Shown here: positions 48,646 through 57,189 of the stretch, piece by piece | Position numbering within the stretch: position 1 is the first letter of the stretch | How the letters are laid out: each line of letters begins with the position of its first letter | IMG/VR virus record: IMGVR_UViG_3300017778_004456 | Coordinates: 1-64,000 of that record | Direction: 5' to 3' (one strand) | From: a virus | DNA: 64,000 nucleotides | The notes under the pieces: generated by a model | What the model was told of the DNA's origin: nothing | The model's input: only the letters and a program-made list of their open reading frames with translations | Database searches by the model: none | Made by a program: the position numbers and the translations under genes

Positions 48646-49113
48646 CTACTTCACCAGATGCTTTCTCGCTTGAATCGAAACTTCTGGCAGCGTTCGCTCT
48701 ACGAGACGCCAGTAGGCGCCGAGAGTCTCCGCCTCGTCAATCTTCTGACCAAGTTCGGATTGAATCTGGACGAACATGAAGGCTGTCTCCAACGCTTGGT
48801 GGTTTCCCATGTCTCGAGCGCTCCAAGCCTGACAGACTTTGAGCGGCGTGTTGAGAGACTTCCAGGATTCCTTCGGCTCGACTTCGACGATGTTGACGTT
48901 CTCAGCAATATGACGAGCTACCCCGCCGAAGATTCCAGCGACTGCCGCCTTCTTGAGCTGCTCGTTCTTGTGAAGGTCCATAGTCTTGACCAGTCCGTGG
49001 AAGAGCATTCTCATCGCGTCGGTAGCGTCAGCAACGAGTATCTCGAGCTCAGCTATCTGTTTCGGCGTGAGGGGACGAGTCGTGTAGCTTGAAGGATTGT
49101 CTGAGTATTTCAT
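48646..49113 (-). CDS. hypothetical protein
   Basis: GGAG RBS before ATG at 49113. Confidence 0.6.
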   Translation of the reverse strand: MKYSDNPSSYTTRPLTPKQIAELEILVADATDAMRMLFHGLVKTMDLHKNEQLKKAAVAGIFGGVARHIAENVNIVEVEPKESWKSLNTPLKVCQAWSARDMGNHQALETAFMFVQIQSELGQKIDEAETLGAYWRLVERTLPEVSIQARKHLVK

Positions 49114-49231
49114 GATCAAACTCCGCATTTGGTCAAGAGAACTATCACTATTGGAATTATGATTAACCAAGCAGGAAGCGTTGACAACAAGATATCTTTT
49201 AGATGTTCTTTGAAGATTCTCACAGCAGTCC

Positions 49232-49268
49232 TCCCATGCTAGGCCTCAACCATAAGCCTAGCATGGGA
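49232..49268 (-). terminator. 13 bp hairpin
   Basis: TCCCATGCTAGGC/GCCTAGCATGGGA just after the stop at 49274. Confidence 0.5.
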
Positions 49269-49273
49269 AGTCG

Positions 49274-49669
49274 TCATGCGCCAACCAAAGATGCTCCCTG
49301 AATAATCAGGCCGCCGCGTGCGTCGATCTCGGCGCGACGCGTTGTGAGGAAGGTGAGCCAAGTTGATTTCCGGCCGGACTTGATCCAGTCCTGGTGAGCA
49401 CGTTGAATCATCTTCGTGGTCATACCGCGCTGAGCTTGGATCAACTTGTTGTACTCCTTGTCGGAGTCTTCTTGGACACGCAGCCACTCGCGGAGTCGCG
49501 ACTTGGCCGAGTCTCGCACGGCCTTGGCATCTTCCTCGTTCATGTCGGTGCGGAGGACGGTAGCCTCCCTGATCATCCGTTCCATGACGTTGTTCTTTCG
49601 TCCCTTGAAGGGTCTCACGTTGACGCTCGGGTCGGCTGTTCGTAGTATCCGTTTCTTTGGCACTTTCAT
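49274..49669 (-). CDS. basic hypothetical protein
   Basis: GAGGAG RBS. Confidence 0.65.
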   Translation of the reverse strand: MKVPKKRILRTADPSVNVRPFKGRKNNVMERMIREATVLRTDMNEEDAKAVRDSAKSRLREWLRVQEDSDKEYNKLIQAQRGMTTKMIQRAHQDWIKSGRKSTWLTFLTTRRAEIDARGGLIIQGASLVGA

Positions 49670-49680
49670 AATAGCTCCTC

Positions 49681-50115
49681 TCACTTGTTGATGCGGTTCG
49701 GTCCCACAATGTCAAAGACATCCGGAACCTTCTTCAGAAACTCGATTCGATCCATTGCCAGCACTTTCGTATCAAAGTCCGCGCAGTACTCTGTCTCCTT
49801 TAGTGAAAGCGGCTGGCGAAAAGTCCACTTGACCCGCCAGCTCATCTGAACTCGCCGGTAAGGTGAGTTCCGTTGCAGACCAGGCTTGTTCCTCTGAATA
49901 GCCGGCTCAGGAACTTTCTTCATACCAGCCTGACGAATTCGTTCCTTCTCTGCGTCCAAATCTCGACGACGTTGATAATCTATCTCGTAGACGGCGTTCA
50001 GTATACATCTGATCTGCCAGTCCGAAACAGGCGGTACGTCTTTCTTACTGTTGATCCACAGCTTAACGAGGGGAACCATTCGGTTCAGCTTGTCTGCGCG
50101 AGTCGGCTTAGGCAT
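49681..50115 (-). CDS. hypothetical protein
   Basis: GAGGA RBS; operon context. Confidence 0.65.
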   Translation of the reverse strand: MPKPTRADKLNRMVPLVKLWINSKKDVPPVSDWQIRCILNAVYEIDYQRRRDLDAEKERIRQAGMKKVPEPAIQRNKPGLQRNSPYRRVQMSWRVKWTFRQPLSLKETEYCADFDTKVLAMDRIEFLKKVPDVFDIVGPNRINK

Positions 50116-50122
50116 GTCGTCC

Positions 50123-50461
50123 TCAGTAGTAGATCGTGTAGAGGCCCATCGAGTCGTATCGGGAAGGAATCATTGACCGGGCTTCATCCAACCACTCCTC
50201 ACAAATCCAAGCCGGGATCTCATCAGGATCCGGGTCTTCGTCATCGTTCAGAAGATACTCTTCGGTCTTGTTCTGAACGTGGACCTTGATGATCGCCCAC
50301 GCGATATCTCCCATGTGACCAGCAGGTCCGGTGATGCCGGGGACTTGCTTCCCGTACATTCCCCGGCCCGAGTACATGGTAGCGGAAAAGCCTTCGTCAC
50401 CGTTCTGGTGAAGCAGCTCGACTGCCGCCTCAGCAATCGCTAGTGTTAGACGTTCGGTCAT
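50123..50461 (-). CDS. conserved phage hypothetical protein
   Basis: YSGRGMYGK and DSMG..TIYY motifs. Confidence 0.7.
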   Translation of the reverse strand: MTERLTLAIAEAAVELLHQNGDEGFSATMYSGRGMYGKQVPGITGPAGHMGDIAWAIIKVHVQNKTEEYLLNDDEDPDPDEIPAWICEEWLDEARSMIPSRYDSMGLYTIYY

Positions 50462-50720
50462 CGATTTTCTCCTGTCGGGTGCGAGCTTCGACTGATTTGT
50501 AGTACAGGACTTCCGAGTAGTTCAGCCAGTAGAGTCGAATCAGGCCGAACACTAGGTTGATCATCAGGGTGTTCCGGCCGTAGCTGAATCCGAATTCAAC
50601 AGATCTTCCGCCGCCGAAGCGTTCGGGGTGAATCCAACCGTACTTGGCCTTGATGGGCGAGTGTCGGTCCTGCTGCCAAGGCCAGCGACTCGCTACGATC
50701 TCTAGGTGGCCGATTCTCAT
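50430..50720 (-). CDS. hypothetical protein
   Basis: Overlapping operon ORF. Confidence 0.55.
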   Translation of the reverse strand: MRIGHLEIVASRWPWQQDRHSPIKAKYGWIHPERFGGGRSVEFGFSYGRNTLMINLVFGLIRLYWLNYSEVLYYKSVEARTRQEKIDDRTSNTSDC

Positions 50721-51004
50721 CGAAAAGCCTCTGATAGGATGATTGCCATGAGTGTTGTAATTCCGAAGAACATGAGCGACAACACGAAAACGAGTTCGGC
50801 AGTCTCAGGATCGAGCTTCACGAGCGATATCCTTTCTCGGTTGGTAGACTTATTGCTTGGCTCACTATGTGCTCCCGCGTGCGGCGCGTGCCGCCCTACC
50901 TTGTACCCTACGGACACGCTGTAGAGCAAGCGTATAGCCCTCTAAAGCGCATCCTATAGGCCGTGCCAGCCGTGCCGCCCGGAGCATTTCCGAGCAGCCG
51001 CACC

Positions 51005-51235
51005 CTACGGTTCAGTAACGAACGGAACCAAGAGTTGGAGTGCTTGGTCCTCGCCGACCTCAGCGCGAAGCTGGTACCACTGACTCATGCCCTCCTGATC
51101 CAGGTGGTCCAGAGTCACGTGCAGCCAGTCGATGGCCTTCATCTCATCAGTCTCACCCTCGGCCAGCATGTCCTCCAGAATGGCGTGGGACTTGTCTTCA
51201 ATCTGCCGGCGGAGATGGTCAGGGACTTGTGTCAT
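51005..51235 (-). CDS. hypothetical protein
   Basis: ATGA overlap with the upstream ORF. Confidence 0.6.
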   Translation of the reverse strand: MTQVPDHLRRQIEDKSHAILEDMLAEGETDEMKAIDWLHVTLDHLDQEGMSQWYQLRAEVGEDQALQLLVPFVTEP

Positions 51236-51462
51236 TGGTTGAGCCTCTTAAGGATTGATGCGTAGGTGACTTCCATTTTCGTGAAAGTCTTCTCCAGGTG
51301 CTTGACCCGAAGTTCGTGAGACTCGATCACGGCGAAGAGGGACTCCACGCCGTGACGAGCTGTTTTGTTCGTAGGGTCGATTCCCATCGCGACACACCAT
51401 CCGTGTGAACGGCGCTTTCTCGCTGCGGTACGACGCTTGACCTCTTTCGGGTCCTCGGTCAT
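51232..51462 (-). CDS. hypothetical protein
   Basis: ATGA overlaps on both sides. Confidence 0.6.
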   Translation of the reverse strand: MTEDPKEVKRRTAARKRRSHGWCVAMGIDPTNKTARHGVESLFAVIESHELRVKHLEKTFTKMEVTYASILKRLNQ

Positions 51463-51860
51463 GGCGCCAACCGTCCGGGCCAGTACTTCTGCAGACGTGC
51501 TACCGCCTCATCGAGATCGGCAAAGTGACGAACCATAGCTCCGTTCTTGCCGATGGTTGCGCGCTCAAACGTCCGGTAGCTGATGCCGTTGACCTTGTAG
51601 GGTCCGTCGCTCCATGCCTCGTTCAAGAAGACGAGATAGCTGCACTGTTCGGACTTCCACCACTCGCGGACGTGGGCGTGCTCACCCTTGCCACGAGTCT
51701 CGCTCATGAGGTCCCAGACGCTCATGACGTCCTGACCTTGCGGGTTCTTGGAAACCATCCTCCGGCGGGACGAACCCGTGCGAGGCTCAAACCAGAACCC
51801 CGGCTTCTGCGGATTGATGGGAAGGGGAAATTCTGTAGAGTAGTCCTGATTAGTTGTCAC
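51459..51860 (-). CDS. hypothetical protein
   Basis: GGAGG RBS before GTG at 51860. Confidence 0.6.
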   Translation of the reverse strand: MTTNQDYSTEFPLPINPQKPGFWFEPRTGSSRRRMVSKNPQGQDVMSVWDLMSETRGKGEHAHVREWWKSEQCSYLVFLNEAWSDGPYKVNGISYRTFERATIGKNGAMVRHFADLDEAVARLQKYWPGRLAP

Positions 51861-51893
51861 CTGAAACCTCCGGGTTGACCTGCGGCTACAAAT

Positions 51894-51933
51894 AAGGTAA
51901 GCCGTGCTTACGTCAAACGCAAGCACGGCTTAC
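51894..51933 (-). promoter_or_regulatory. promoter embedded in 13 bp inverted repeat
   Basis: TTGCGT-N17-TACCTT (51922-51894) overlapping GTAAGCCGTGCTT/AAGCACGGCTTAC. Confidence 0.65.
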
Positions 51934-51950
51934 TCGTCAGGACAACTTTG

Positions 51951-52394
51951 TTACGCTCTACGTCGATAGTCAGGCCCAAGCCCGTCAGTCCCTGGGGGGA
52001 CGGGGACGACTGGCAAGGTCGACTTGTCTTCGTAAGGAACAGTGTCCCGGGAAGCGGTATCCCAGAACAAGTGGTCCCAACCTTCACTTCGCTTAGGACG
52101 CGAAGTGAACTTGTGGTTCTCATTGGCAACAAGGATCACCTCGTAGTCGAGATCCTCGGTGCAGGCTCGAATATCCTCCACGACCTTGCGGCGCTCAGAA
52201 GCTGTATCAGCCTCCACGCACCACATGAAGGATTCACTCTTCAACATGAGAACAAACGGATCGAGATCGCGCTTGGCGTACTTCCAGTCGATCACACGCT
52301 TGGGCGTGTATCCAACGGGACATACTCGTGCGACGATATCGCGGACCGGCTCGAAGCCGATAGTAACGATGACGTATGGACGTTCGTGGTTCAC
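51951..52394 (-). CDS. degenerate P-loop kinase-like protein
   Basis: GGAGG RBS; aligns by eye with 53561..53983 and 52700..53284 but has no Walker A. Confidence 0.55.
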   Translation of the reverse strand: MNHERPYVIVTIGFEPVRDIVARVCPVGYTPKRVIDWKYAKRDLDPFVLMLKSESFMWCVEADTASERRKVVEDIRACTEDLDYEVILVANENHKFTSRPKRSEGWDHLFWDTASRDTVPYEDKSTLPVVPVPPGTDGLGPDYRRRA

Positions 52395-52493
52395 TTGAGA
52401 CCTCCTACTGCTACCACAAAAACAAGTTAACACAGCATTACGTCTTTGGGTGGGTCGTATGCTCAAATTAACCATCTTTTAGCAGTTGGACGA

Positions 52494-52712
52494 TCAAGCC
52501 TGTGGATCGCTGATCTCGACGGTGATCAAGACGAACTTGCCTCTGTACTTGAAGAGAGCCTTCGCCCGCTTGGAGTTCGATTCGGGAACGGTGATGTCTC
52601 CGACCTCGGCGTCAGGAGTTCGATCGCCGATTCCTCCGAGTGCCTGTTGGAGAAGCTGACGCGGTAGCCTCGGGTCTCGCATGGGGAGAAGGTTGTTGGT
52701 CATAGGTTCCAT
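52494..52712 (-). CDS. hypothetical protein
   Basis: Operon ORF. Confidence 0.55.
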   Translation of the reverse strand: MEPMTNNLLPMRDPRLPRQLLQQALGGIGDRTPDAEVGDITVPESNSKRAKALFKYRGKFVLITVEISDPQA

Positions 52713-53284
52713 CCGCTCTGGGTAGGAGTGTGGTCACGTAGAGTCTTGTGGAATTCTGGTAGCGGGATAAACGTCCGTTCGGAGAAGCCCTCCCAGACAG
52801 CGGGAAGCTCGAACTCGTCCACCATCGATTCCCAAACCTCTCGCTCGACTCCGTGACGATTCCGCTCGAAGACCTTATTTCGCTGAAACTTCGTCACCGG
52901 CGGAAAGAAGGCGACAGCCTCAACTCGGAAACCATACTCGTGAAGGAGTCTGATCATCGGTTCTCGGATACCGGTGTTGACGTTCACCTGATCCCAGACG
53001 AAATCCGTGCGATTCTCCAGTAGTACGTCGAGTTCGGCGCCTACGAGCATCTTAGCGTAGAAGTTGAGCTTCTCATCGTTAGTGACTTCTGTGAAGGAGG
53101 TGTTCATCCTTCTTGCTATGTCCTCGCAGATAGCATCGAGGCTGAGAACCTTGACGTTCGACGGGACGTGATGCTTGATCCAGGTGCTCTTTCCAGCACC
53201 CGGCACGCCGATCATCATCGTACATGTCGGCGGGAACATGAATCGCTTGAGTTTAGTCATAGTAGCCGAGATCGTTTTTGTCAT
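52700..53284 (-). CDS. P-loop kinase (AAA_33/polynucleotide kinase-like)
   Basis: MIGVPGAGKSTW, LSLD, VWDQVN...R, EGF. Confidence 0.85.
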   Translation of the reverse strand: MTKTISATMTKLKRFMFPPTCTMMIGVPGAGKSTWIKHHVPSNVKVLSLDAICEDIARRMNTSFTEVTNDEKLNFYAKMLVGAELDVLLENRTDFVWDQVNVNTGIREPMIRLLHEYGFRVEAVAFFPPVTKFQRNKVFERNRHGVEREVWESMVDEFELPAVWEGFSERTFIPLPEFHKTLRDHTPTQSGWNL

Positions 53285-53573
53285 GGGGTCTCCAGGGTCC
53301 GATCATGTAGAGGTGCCACACCTTGCTTCCGATCTGAGTGGAGAGCATGTGAGAAGCCTCGGGCTCGTGAATTGGGAAGTGACTTCCGTAGATCTTGAAC
53401 TTGCCGCGCATGGGATTCATGGTACTGAGTGACTCCACATGCACGAAGAAGCTCGCATGTCCGTACTGGTTTGCCTGAATCTCGAAGTAGACAATCTTCG
53501 ATGGATCGCAGACGACGATCTCGTGCGGAGACTCCTCCAGCTCGAATCTTCCAACGGTCTTCATATCAGCCAT
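53253..53573 (-). CDS. hypothetical protein
   Basis: IYGSHFPI...LSTQIGSKVWHLY pattern. Confidence 0.6.
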   Translation of the reverse strand: MADMKTVGRFELEESPHEIVVCDPSKIVYFEIQANQYGHASFFVHVESLSTMNPMRGKFKIYGSHFPIHEPEASHMLSTQIGSKVWHLYMIGPWRPHDKNDLGYYD

Positions 53574-53983
53574 CCCTTGTATGGTGAGATCTTACCAGTT
53601 CGGTCGTACATCATCCAGTTCGTGGCCTCGGGCTCAGGCACAATCCAGAGCACATCAGCGAAACGATCGCCATGAGGCTTCTGTCGCCATCTATCAAAGA
53701 GCTCAGGTACCTTCGGACAGATAGCAAACACCTGATAGTCAGTACCATACTTCCGCACGAACTCCGCCGCCTTCTCTCGATGAGTAACAGCCTTTCCCGG
53801 AACAAACCATATGAAAGACGTTCCGGCTCCCAGGACGTCGGGCACGTACAGTTTCCGGTTATCGAACTCATCGTCAACGACGGTGTTGAGACTCCAGCCA
53901 GTTGGCACGAATCGAGCGAGAGCGTCGCGTCTCGGTCGGTAACCGTGGACCAGAAGGACGACCTTCGGTGGTTGCTCAATCAT
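53561..53983 (-). CDS. degenerate P-loop kinase-like protein
   Basis: GGAGG RBS; paralogue of 51951..52394. Confidence 0.55.
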   Translation of the reverse strand: MIEQPPKVVLLVHGYRPRRDALARFVPTGWSLNTVVDDEFDNRKLYVPDVLGAGTSFIWFVPGKAVTHREKAAEFVRKYGTDYQVFAICPKVPELFDRWRQKPHGDRFADVLWIVPEPEATNWMMYDRTGKISPYKGWLI

Positions 53984-54020
53984 GCGATACCTCCATAAGT
54001 ATGTGCGATTTGTACCATCT

Positions 54021-54069
54021 ACGGTACACCTAGGAAGCCTCCGGAACAAGCACGTATTGCTCGTTCCGG
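54021..54069 (-). promoter_or_regulatory. promoter overlapping terminator hairpin
   Basis: TTGTTC-N17-TACCGT (54049-54021); CCGGAAC...GTTCCGG stem covers the -35. Confidence 0.55.
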
Positions 54070-54077
54070 AGTCAGTT

Positions 54078-54449
54078 CTACTTCCTCTTCGTCACCTCGC
54101 GAATGTTGGCGACTAAGAACTCCGGACCGTCCAGTGCGTCGTTGTAGGAGACGACACAGTCCTGAGGGGCGAACCATTCCCTAGTCGAGAAGTACTTCTC
54201 CTTGAGCATCTTTCCCAAGAGGTTGACAGCTTTAAGGGCCTCTGCCTCGGTCTCGGCGACTTGGTAGATCTTCCCCACGGCGCAGAAGCATTTCGCTTCC
54301 GGTAGCTTGCTCCGCTCGATGAGAGGCTTGCCGCTCGCGTACGTTATTCCGCGACCGTGTTCGTCTGCGATAAAGACGCACGTAGTCCAAGACTTCGGGT
54401 TTGCCTCGAAGTCGTCGGCGCACTTGTTGAGAATTTCCTTCGGTGTCAT
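54078..54449 (-). CDS. DUF6197-like protein, copy 1
   Basis: EILNKCADDFEAN..SW...CFCAVGKI...YND. Confidence 0.7.
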   Translation of the reverse strand: MTPKEILNKCADDFEANPKSWTTCVFIADEHGRGITYASGKPLIERSKLPEAKCFCAVGKIYQVAETEAEALKAVNLLGKMLKEKYFSTREWFAPQDCVVSYNDALDGPEFLVANIREVTKRK

Positions 54450-54823
54450 GATTTAGCTGCCTCTTTCATGGTTTCGATGATGTCGTCAACGCGAGAATGC
54501 TGGTCATTCCACTGAATGATGATTCCCTCGTAGTTGTCGTCGTGGTCGGACATCCCCGGAAATATCCGGTTAAGATGCTCGGACAGGAATCGGATCGTGG
54601 CTTTCGCCTCCTGCACCGAGGGACTGACATGGAAGATCTTCCCAACGGCGCAGAAGCACGCTGCCTCTGGCATCTTTGTTCGATCTATGAGATGACGCTC
54701 ACCCGACGTAGTTGCCAAGAGCTGCTTGCCCTCGCTATCGCCGACGTAGATGCCCTTGATCCAAGAGCGCTTGTTCGCCTCGAAGTCATCGGCGGCTTTC
54801 TTTAGGATTTCTTGCGGTGTCAT
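54446..54823 (-). CDS. DUF6197-like protein, copy 2
   Basis: EILKKAADDFEAN..SW...CFCAVGKI...WND. Confidence 0.7.
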   Translation of the reverse strand: MTPQEILKKAADDFEANKRSWIKGIYVGDSEGKQLLATTSGERHLIDRTKMPEAACFCAVGKIFHVSPSVQEAKATIRFLSEHLNRIFPGMSDHDDNYEGIIIQWNDQHSRVDDIIETMKEAAKS

Positions 54824-55086
54824 GTGGTGGTCTCCTCTATGTCCGGCAGGATCTCTACCGGCGTTGATGTTAAACGTGGATATTGTGAGAGTTTCTCCGG
54901 CTTCGGACACTGGCCGGCGAGGTGAGTCCTCCGGGTGAAGGTTCTCGAACGAAGCTCGGCAGTTGCCTCCTGCTCGACCACCGTGCGGACGTATTGAGTC
55001 CCGTACGGAATCGACTGATGGCAATGCCAGCATCGGTATCTCGCGCCGGCGAGGCGCTCGGAACGACGGACGATTCGTTCTATCAT
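54820..55086 (-). CDS. small zinc-finger protein
   Basis: YRCWHC..SIPYG...H....C. Confidence 0.6.
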   Translation of the reverse strand: MIERIVRRSERLAGARYRCWHCHQSIPYGTQYVRTVVEQEATAELRSRTFTRRTHLAGQCPKPEKLSQYPRLTSTPVEILPDIEETTT

Positions 55087-55445
55087 AGGATGGGGTCTCC
55101 GCGCTTGATTGGTGTCGGGCCACCCTTGAGATAGGCGATCCAGGTGTCTCGGCCATACTTCCTTCCCGCCAGAGCAGTGAGGTTGCGACCGTCGACAGAC
55201 GGAAAGTTGCCCAGAGTTCCGTGCATCTCGAAGATCACCTGCCACTTCGGCAGATGTCCGCCCTTGGCTTCCAGGATAGCCATCCACTTGCGACACTCGC
55301 GCATGAGAGCTCGGGTGTCGATCATGTGGGCGTTGAGGTAGAGCGGCACGTCGAACTCGACGATGTCGTGAATGACGATTCCTCCAGGAAGGTCCTCGCG
55401 GTCTTCGTAAAGGGAGATGATTCGTATGCTGTTCTCGCCGATCAT
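55083..55445 (-). CDS. hypothetical protein
   Basis: GAGGG RBS before ATG at 55445. Confidence 0.6.
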   Translation of the reverse strand: MIGENSIRIISLYEDREDLPGGIVIHDIVEFDVPLYLNAHMIDTRALMRECRKWMAILEAKGGHLPKWQVIFEMHGTLGNFPSVDGRNLTALAGRKYGRDTWIAYLKGGPTPIKRGDPIL

Positions 55446-55452
55446 GGTTCCC

Positions 55453-55761
55453 TCAATACTCGTTGCGGAATTGCTCGTACCGTTCCATCTGATTGATGGC
55501 GTACGAATTCTCGTTGCAGTAGTCCTCGTAGTCTTCGTCCAGGAAGGATTGGACACCCTCCATCCACTCGACTGCTTCCTCGTGCTCGTCGAAGAATATG
55601 CCGTTGGAGTGAGGACGATAGACTATGCCCTCGCACTTCGGGCACCCGCAGTCGCACTTGTCGGGAACCGTGACATAATACTTCTCTGAGTCCTCGCTGA
55701 ACTCGATCTTCCACTCCGTGGTCGCCGCGTGGGGCGATCCGCTATAAGAACGCTTGCTCAT
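55453..55761 (-). CDS. acidic Cys-motif hypothetical protein
   Basis: GGAGGAG RBS; CDCGCPKC. Confidence 0.6.
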   Translation of the reverse strand: MSKRSYSGSPHAATTEWKIEFSEDSEKYYVTVPDKCDCGCPKCEGIVYRPHSNGIFFDEHEEAVEWMEGVQSFLDEDYEDYCNENSYAINQMERYEQFRNEY

Positions 55762-56069
55762 AGTATCTCCTCCGGCAGTTGTTGAATGTCCACGATGCCG
55801 ATCTGCCACCAGCGCTCACCGTGAAAGAAACAGTAGTACCAGACCTCGATCTCGTAGGCAGCCTTCTCGGACACGTCTCCAAAGACTATGCCTCCGTTGA
55901 CTTCCCAGTAGATCGCTCGCTCAGAACAGCCGGCGAATCCAGAGAGCAGATCGCTGTTGACCTCCTCGTCGACCGGCCTGAACTTGCCCGAGTTCATCAG
56001 GCACTGAAGGAGTGTCGGTATCATGATAAGTGGCGTCTCAGAGACGCGGATGTAGTCGTCTGACATCAC
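55758..56069 (-). CDS. hypothetical protein
   Basis: Overlapping operon ORF. Confidence 0.55.
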   Translation of the reverse strand: MMSDDYIRVSETPLIMIPTLLQCLMNSGKFRPVDEEVNSDLLSGFAGCSERAIYWEVNGGIVFGDVSEKAAYEIEVWYYCFFHGERWWQIGIVDIQQLPEEIL

Positions 56070-56290
56070 TGTCCCCTTATGTTCCGAGTGACCGCATAGC
56101 CTGCCTCAGTGAGAGCATTGTAGATCTCCTGAGGGTCGATGGCTGGTCGGGCGGCAATCTTCTCCAGAGAATCCGCAATGCGCTTGAGCGAGATAGCTTG
56201 GCTCTTGGCGACGCGGAACTGAGAGTTCTCAGTCCAGTCCTCGGGCATAGACTCCAGCTGACTTGATGGTGCTTGATCTCGGTTAGTCAT
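56066..56290 (-). CDS. hypothetical protein
   Basis: GAGGA RBS; SQAISLKRIADSLEK motif. Confidence 0.6.
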   Translation of the reverse strand: MTNRDQAPSSQLESMPEDWTENSQFRVAKSQAISLKRIADSLEKIAARPAIDPQEIYNALTEAGYAVTRNIRGQ

Positions 56291-56555
56291 TGGGTTTCCT
56301 CGTTTCATCGATCTCGAGATGGTACGCAACCGCGTATCCCAGATCCGTTATCTTGTAGACCTTGGGCGATCCCTTCAGGCGGGTATTGACCCGGTGGAAG
56401 ACGAACAGCTTGTTACTGAGCCACCACTTCGGCGGAGGCACAGAGGATACTGACTCGCCGACGAACGCCTGAATTCTGTAGTACAGGATATCAGTCGACG
56501 AGAGCTTCTTGGTGAGCCGATCCGCAAGGGCTCGGGACTTGGATGGTGTGGTCAT
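56283..56555 (-). CDS. hypothetical protein
   Basis: Operon ORF; YKITDLG wing-like end. Confidence 0.55.
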   Translation of the reverse strand: MTTPSKSRALADRLTKKLSSTDILYYRIQAFVGESVSSVPPPKWWLSNKLFVFHRVNTRLKGSPKVYKITDLGYAVAYHLEIDETRKPND

Positions 56556-56851
56556 TTCTTTCTCCCTATTGCAGTCAAATCATCACTAGCGCCGATGTAC
56601 ATGTAGGCTCCCTTATTGCATACCGGAGCCGAGGACCGAAGTTTACGCTCGATTTCGGCCCGTACTGTCCTCTTCTCAACGAGCATCGATTTGAGCAAGG
56701 GCTCTTTCTCCTGAACGAATACTACTCCTGCGAGATCGCTCGTGGGCGGCAGATTTGCGTCTGGGACGAAAGCCTCGGGAAGATTCCAGGACCTGCCGGG
56801 GAGAGGCTTGCGAGCCTTGACTCGAACATGCTTCTTACGTCGAAGAGTCAT
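56552..56851 (-). CDS. hypothetical protein
   Basis: APVCNKGAYMYI...IGRK C-terminal motif; GGAGAG RBS. Confidence 0.6.
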   Translation of the reverse strand: MTLRRKKHVRVKARKPLPGRSWNLPEAFVPDANLPPTSDLAGVVFVQEKEPLLKSMLVEKRTVRAEIERKLRSSAPVCNKGAYMYIGASDDLTAIGRKK

Positions 56852-57153
56852 ACGTCTCTCCCTGCGAAGTCAGCCGTGGCCGACTCCAGGCTGGTGTGAT
56901 AGGATCCCCACATCCACTCTCCGTGGGCGAGTGACTCGTCCGAGACCATGCAGACCACGAACGGGTGATAGGTGTTGTGCGGGATGTGAATCAATGCGTG
57001 TGAGAGTCCGGGTGCTTGGCCCTCGGACTGACGGATCCACTTACGATGTTTGATGTCTAGAGTACGAGGCACTGGAATCTCCGTGTGCTTGACGGCGTGG
57101 CTCGGCGATATTCCGCCGGATGCGGCGTGTGCTGCATTATAAAGGCATAGCAC
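56848..57153 (-). CDS. hypothetical protein (start uncertain)
   Basis: YHPFVV...EWMWGSYH..LESA..DF pattern. Confidence 0.5.
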   Translation of the reverse strand: MLCLYNAAHAASGGISPSHAVKHTEIPVPRTLDIKHRKWIRQSEGQAPGLSHALIHIPHNTYHPFVVCMVSDESLAHGEWMWGSYHTSLESATADFAGRDV

Positions 57154-57189
57154 GGGGCGGCGTTTTGAGCTAGGGTACGCTTAGTCCGC

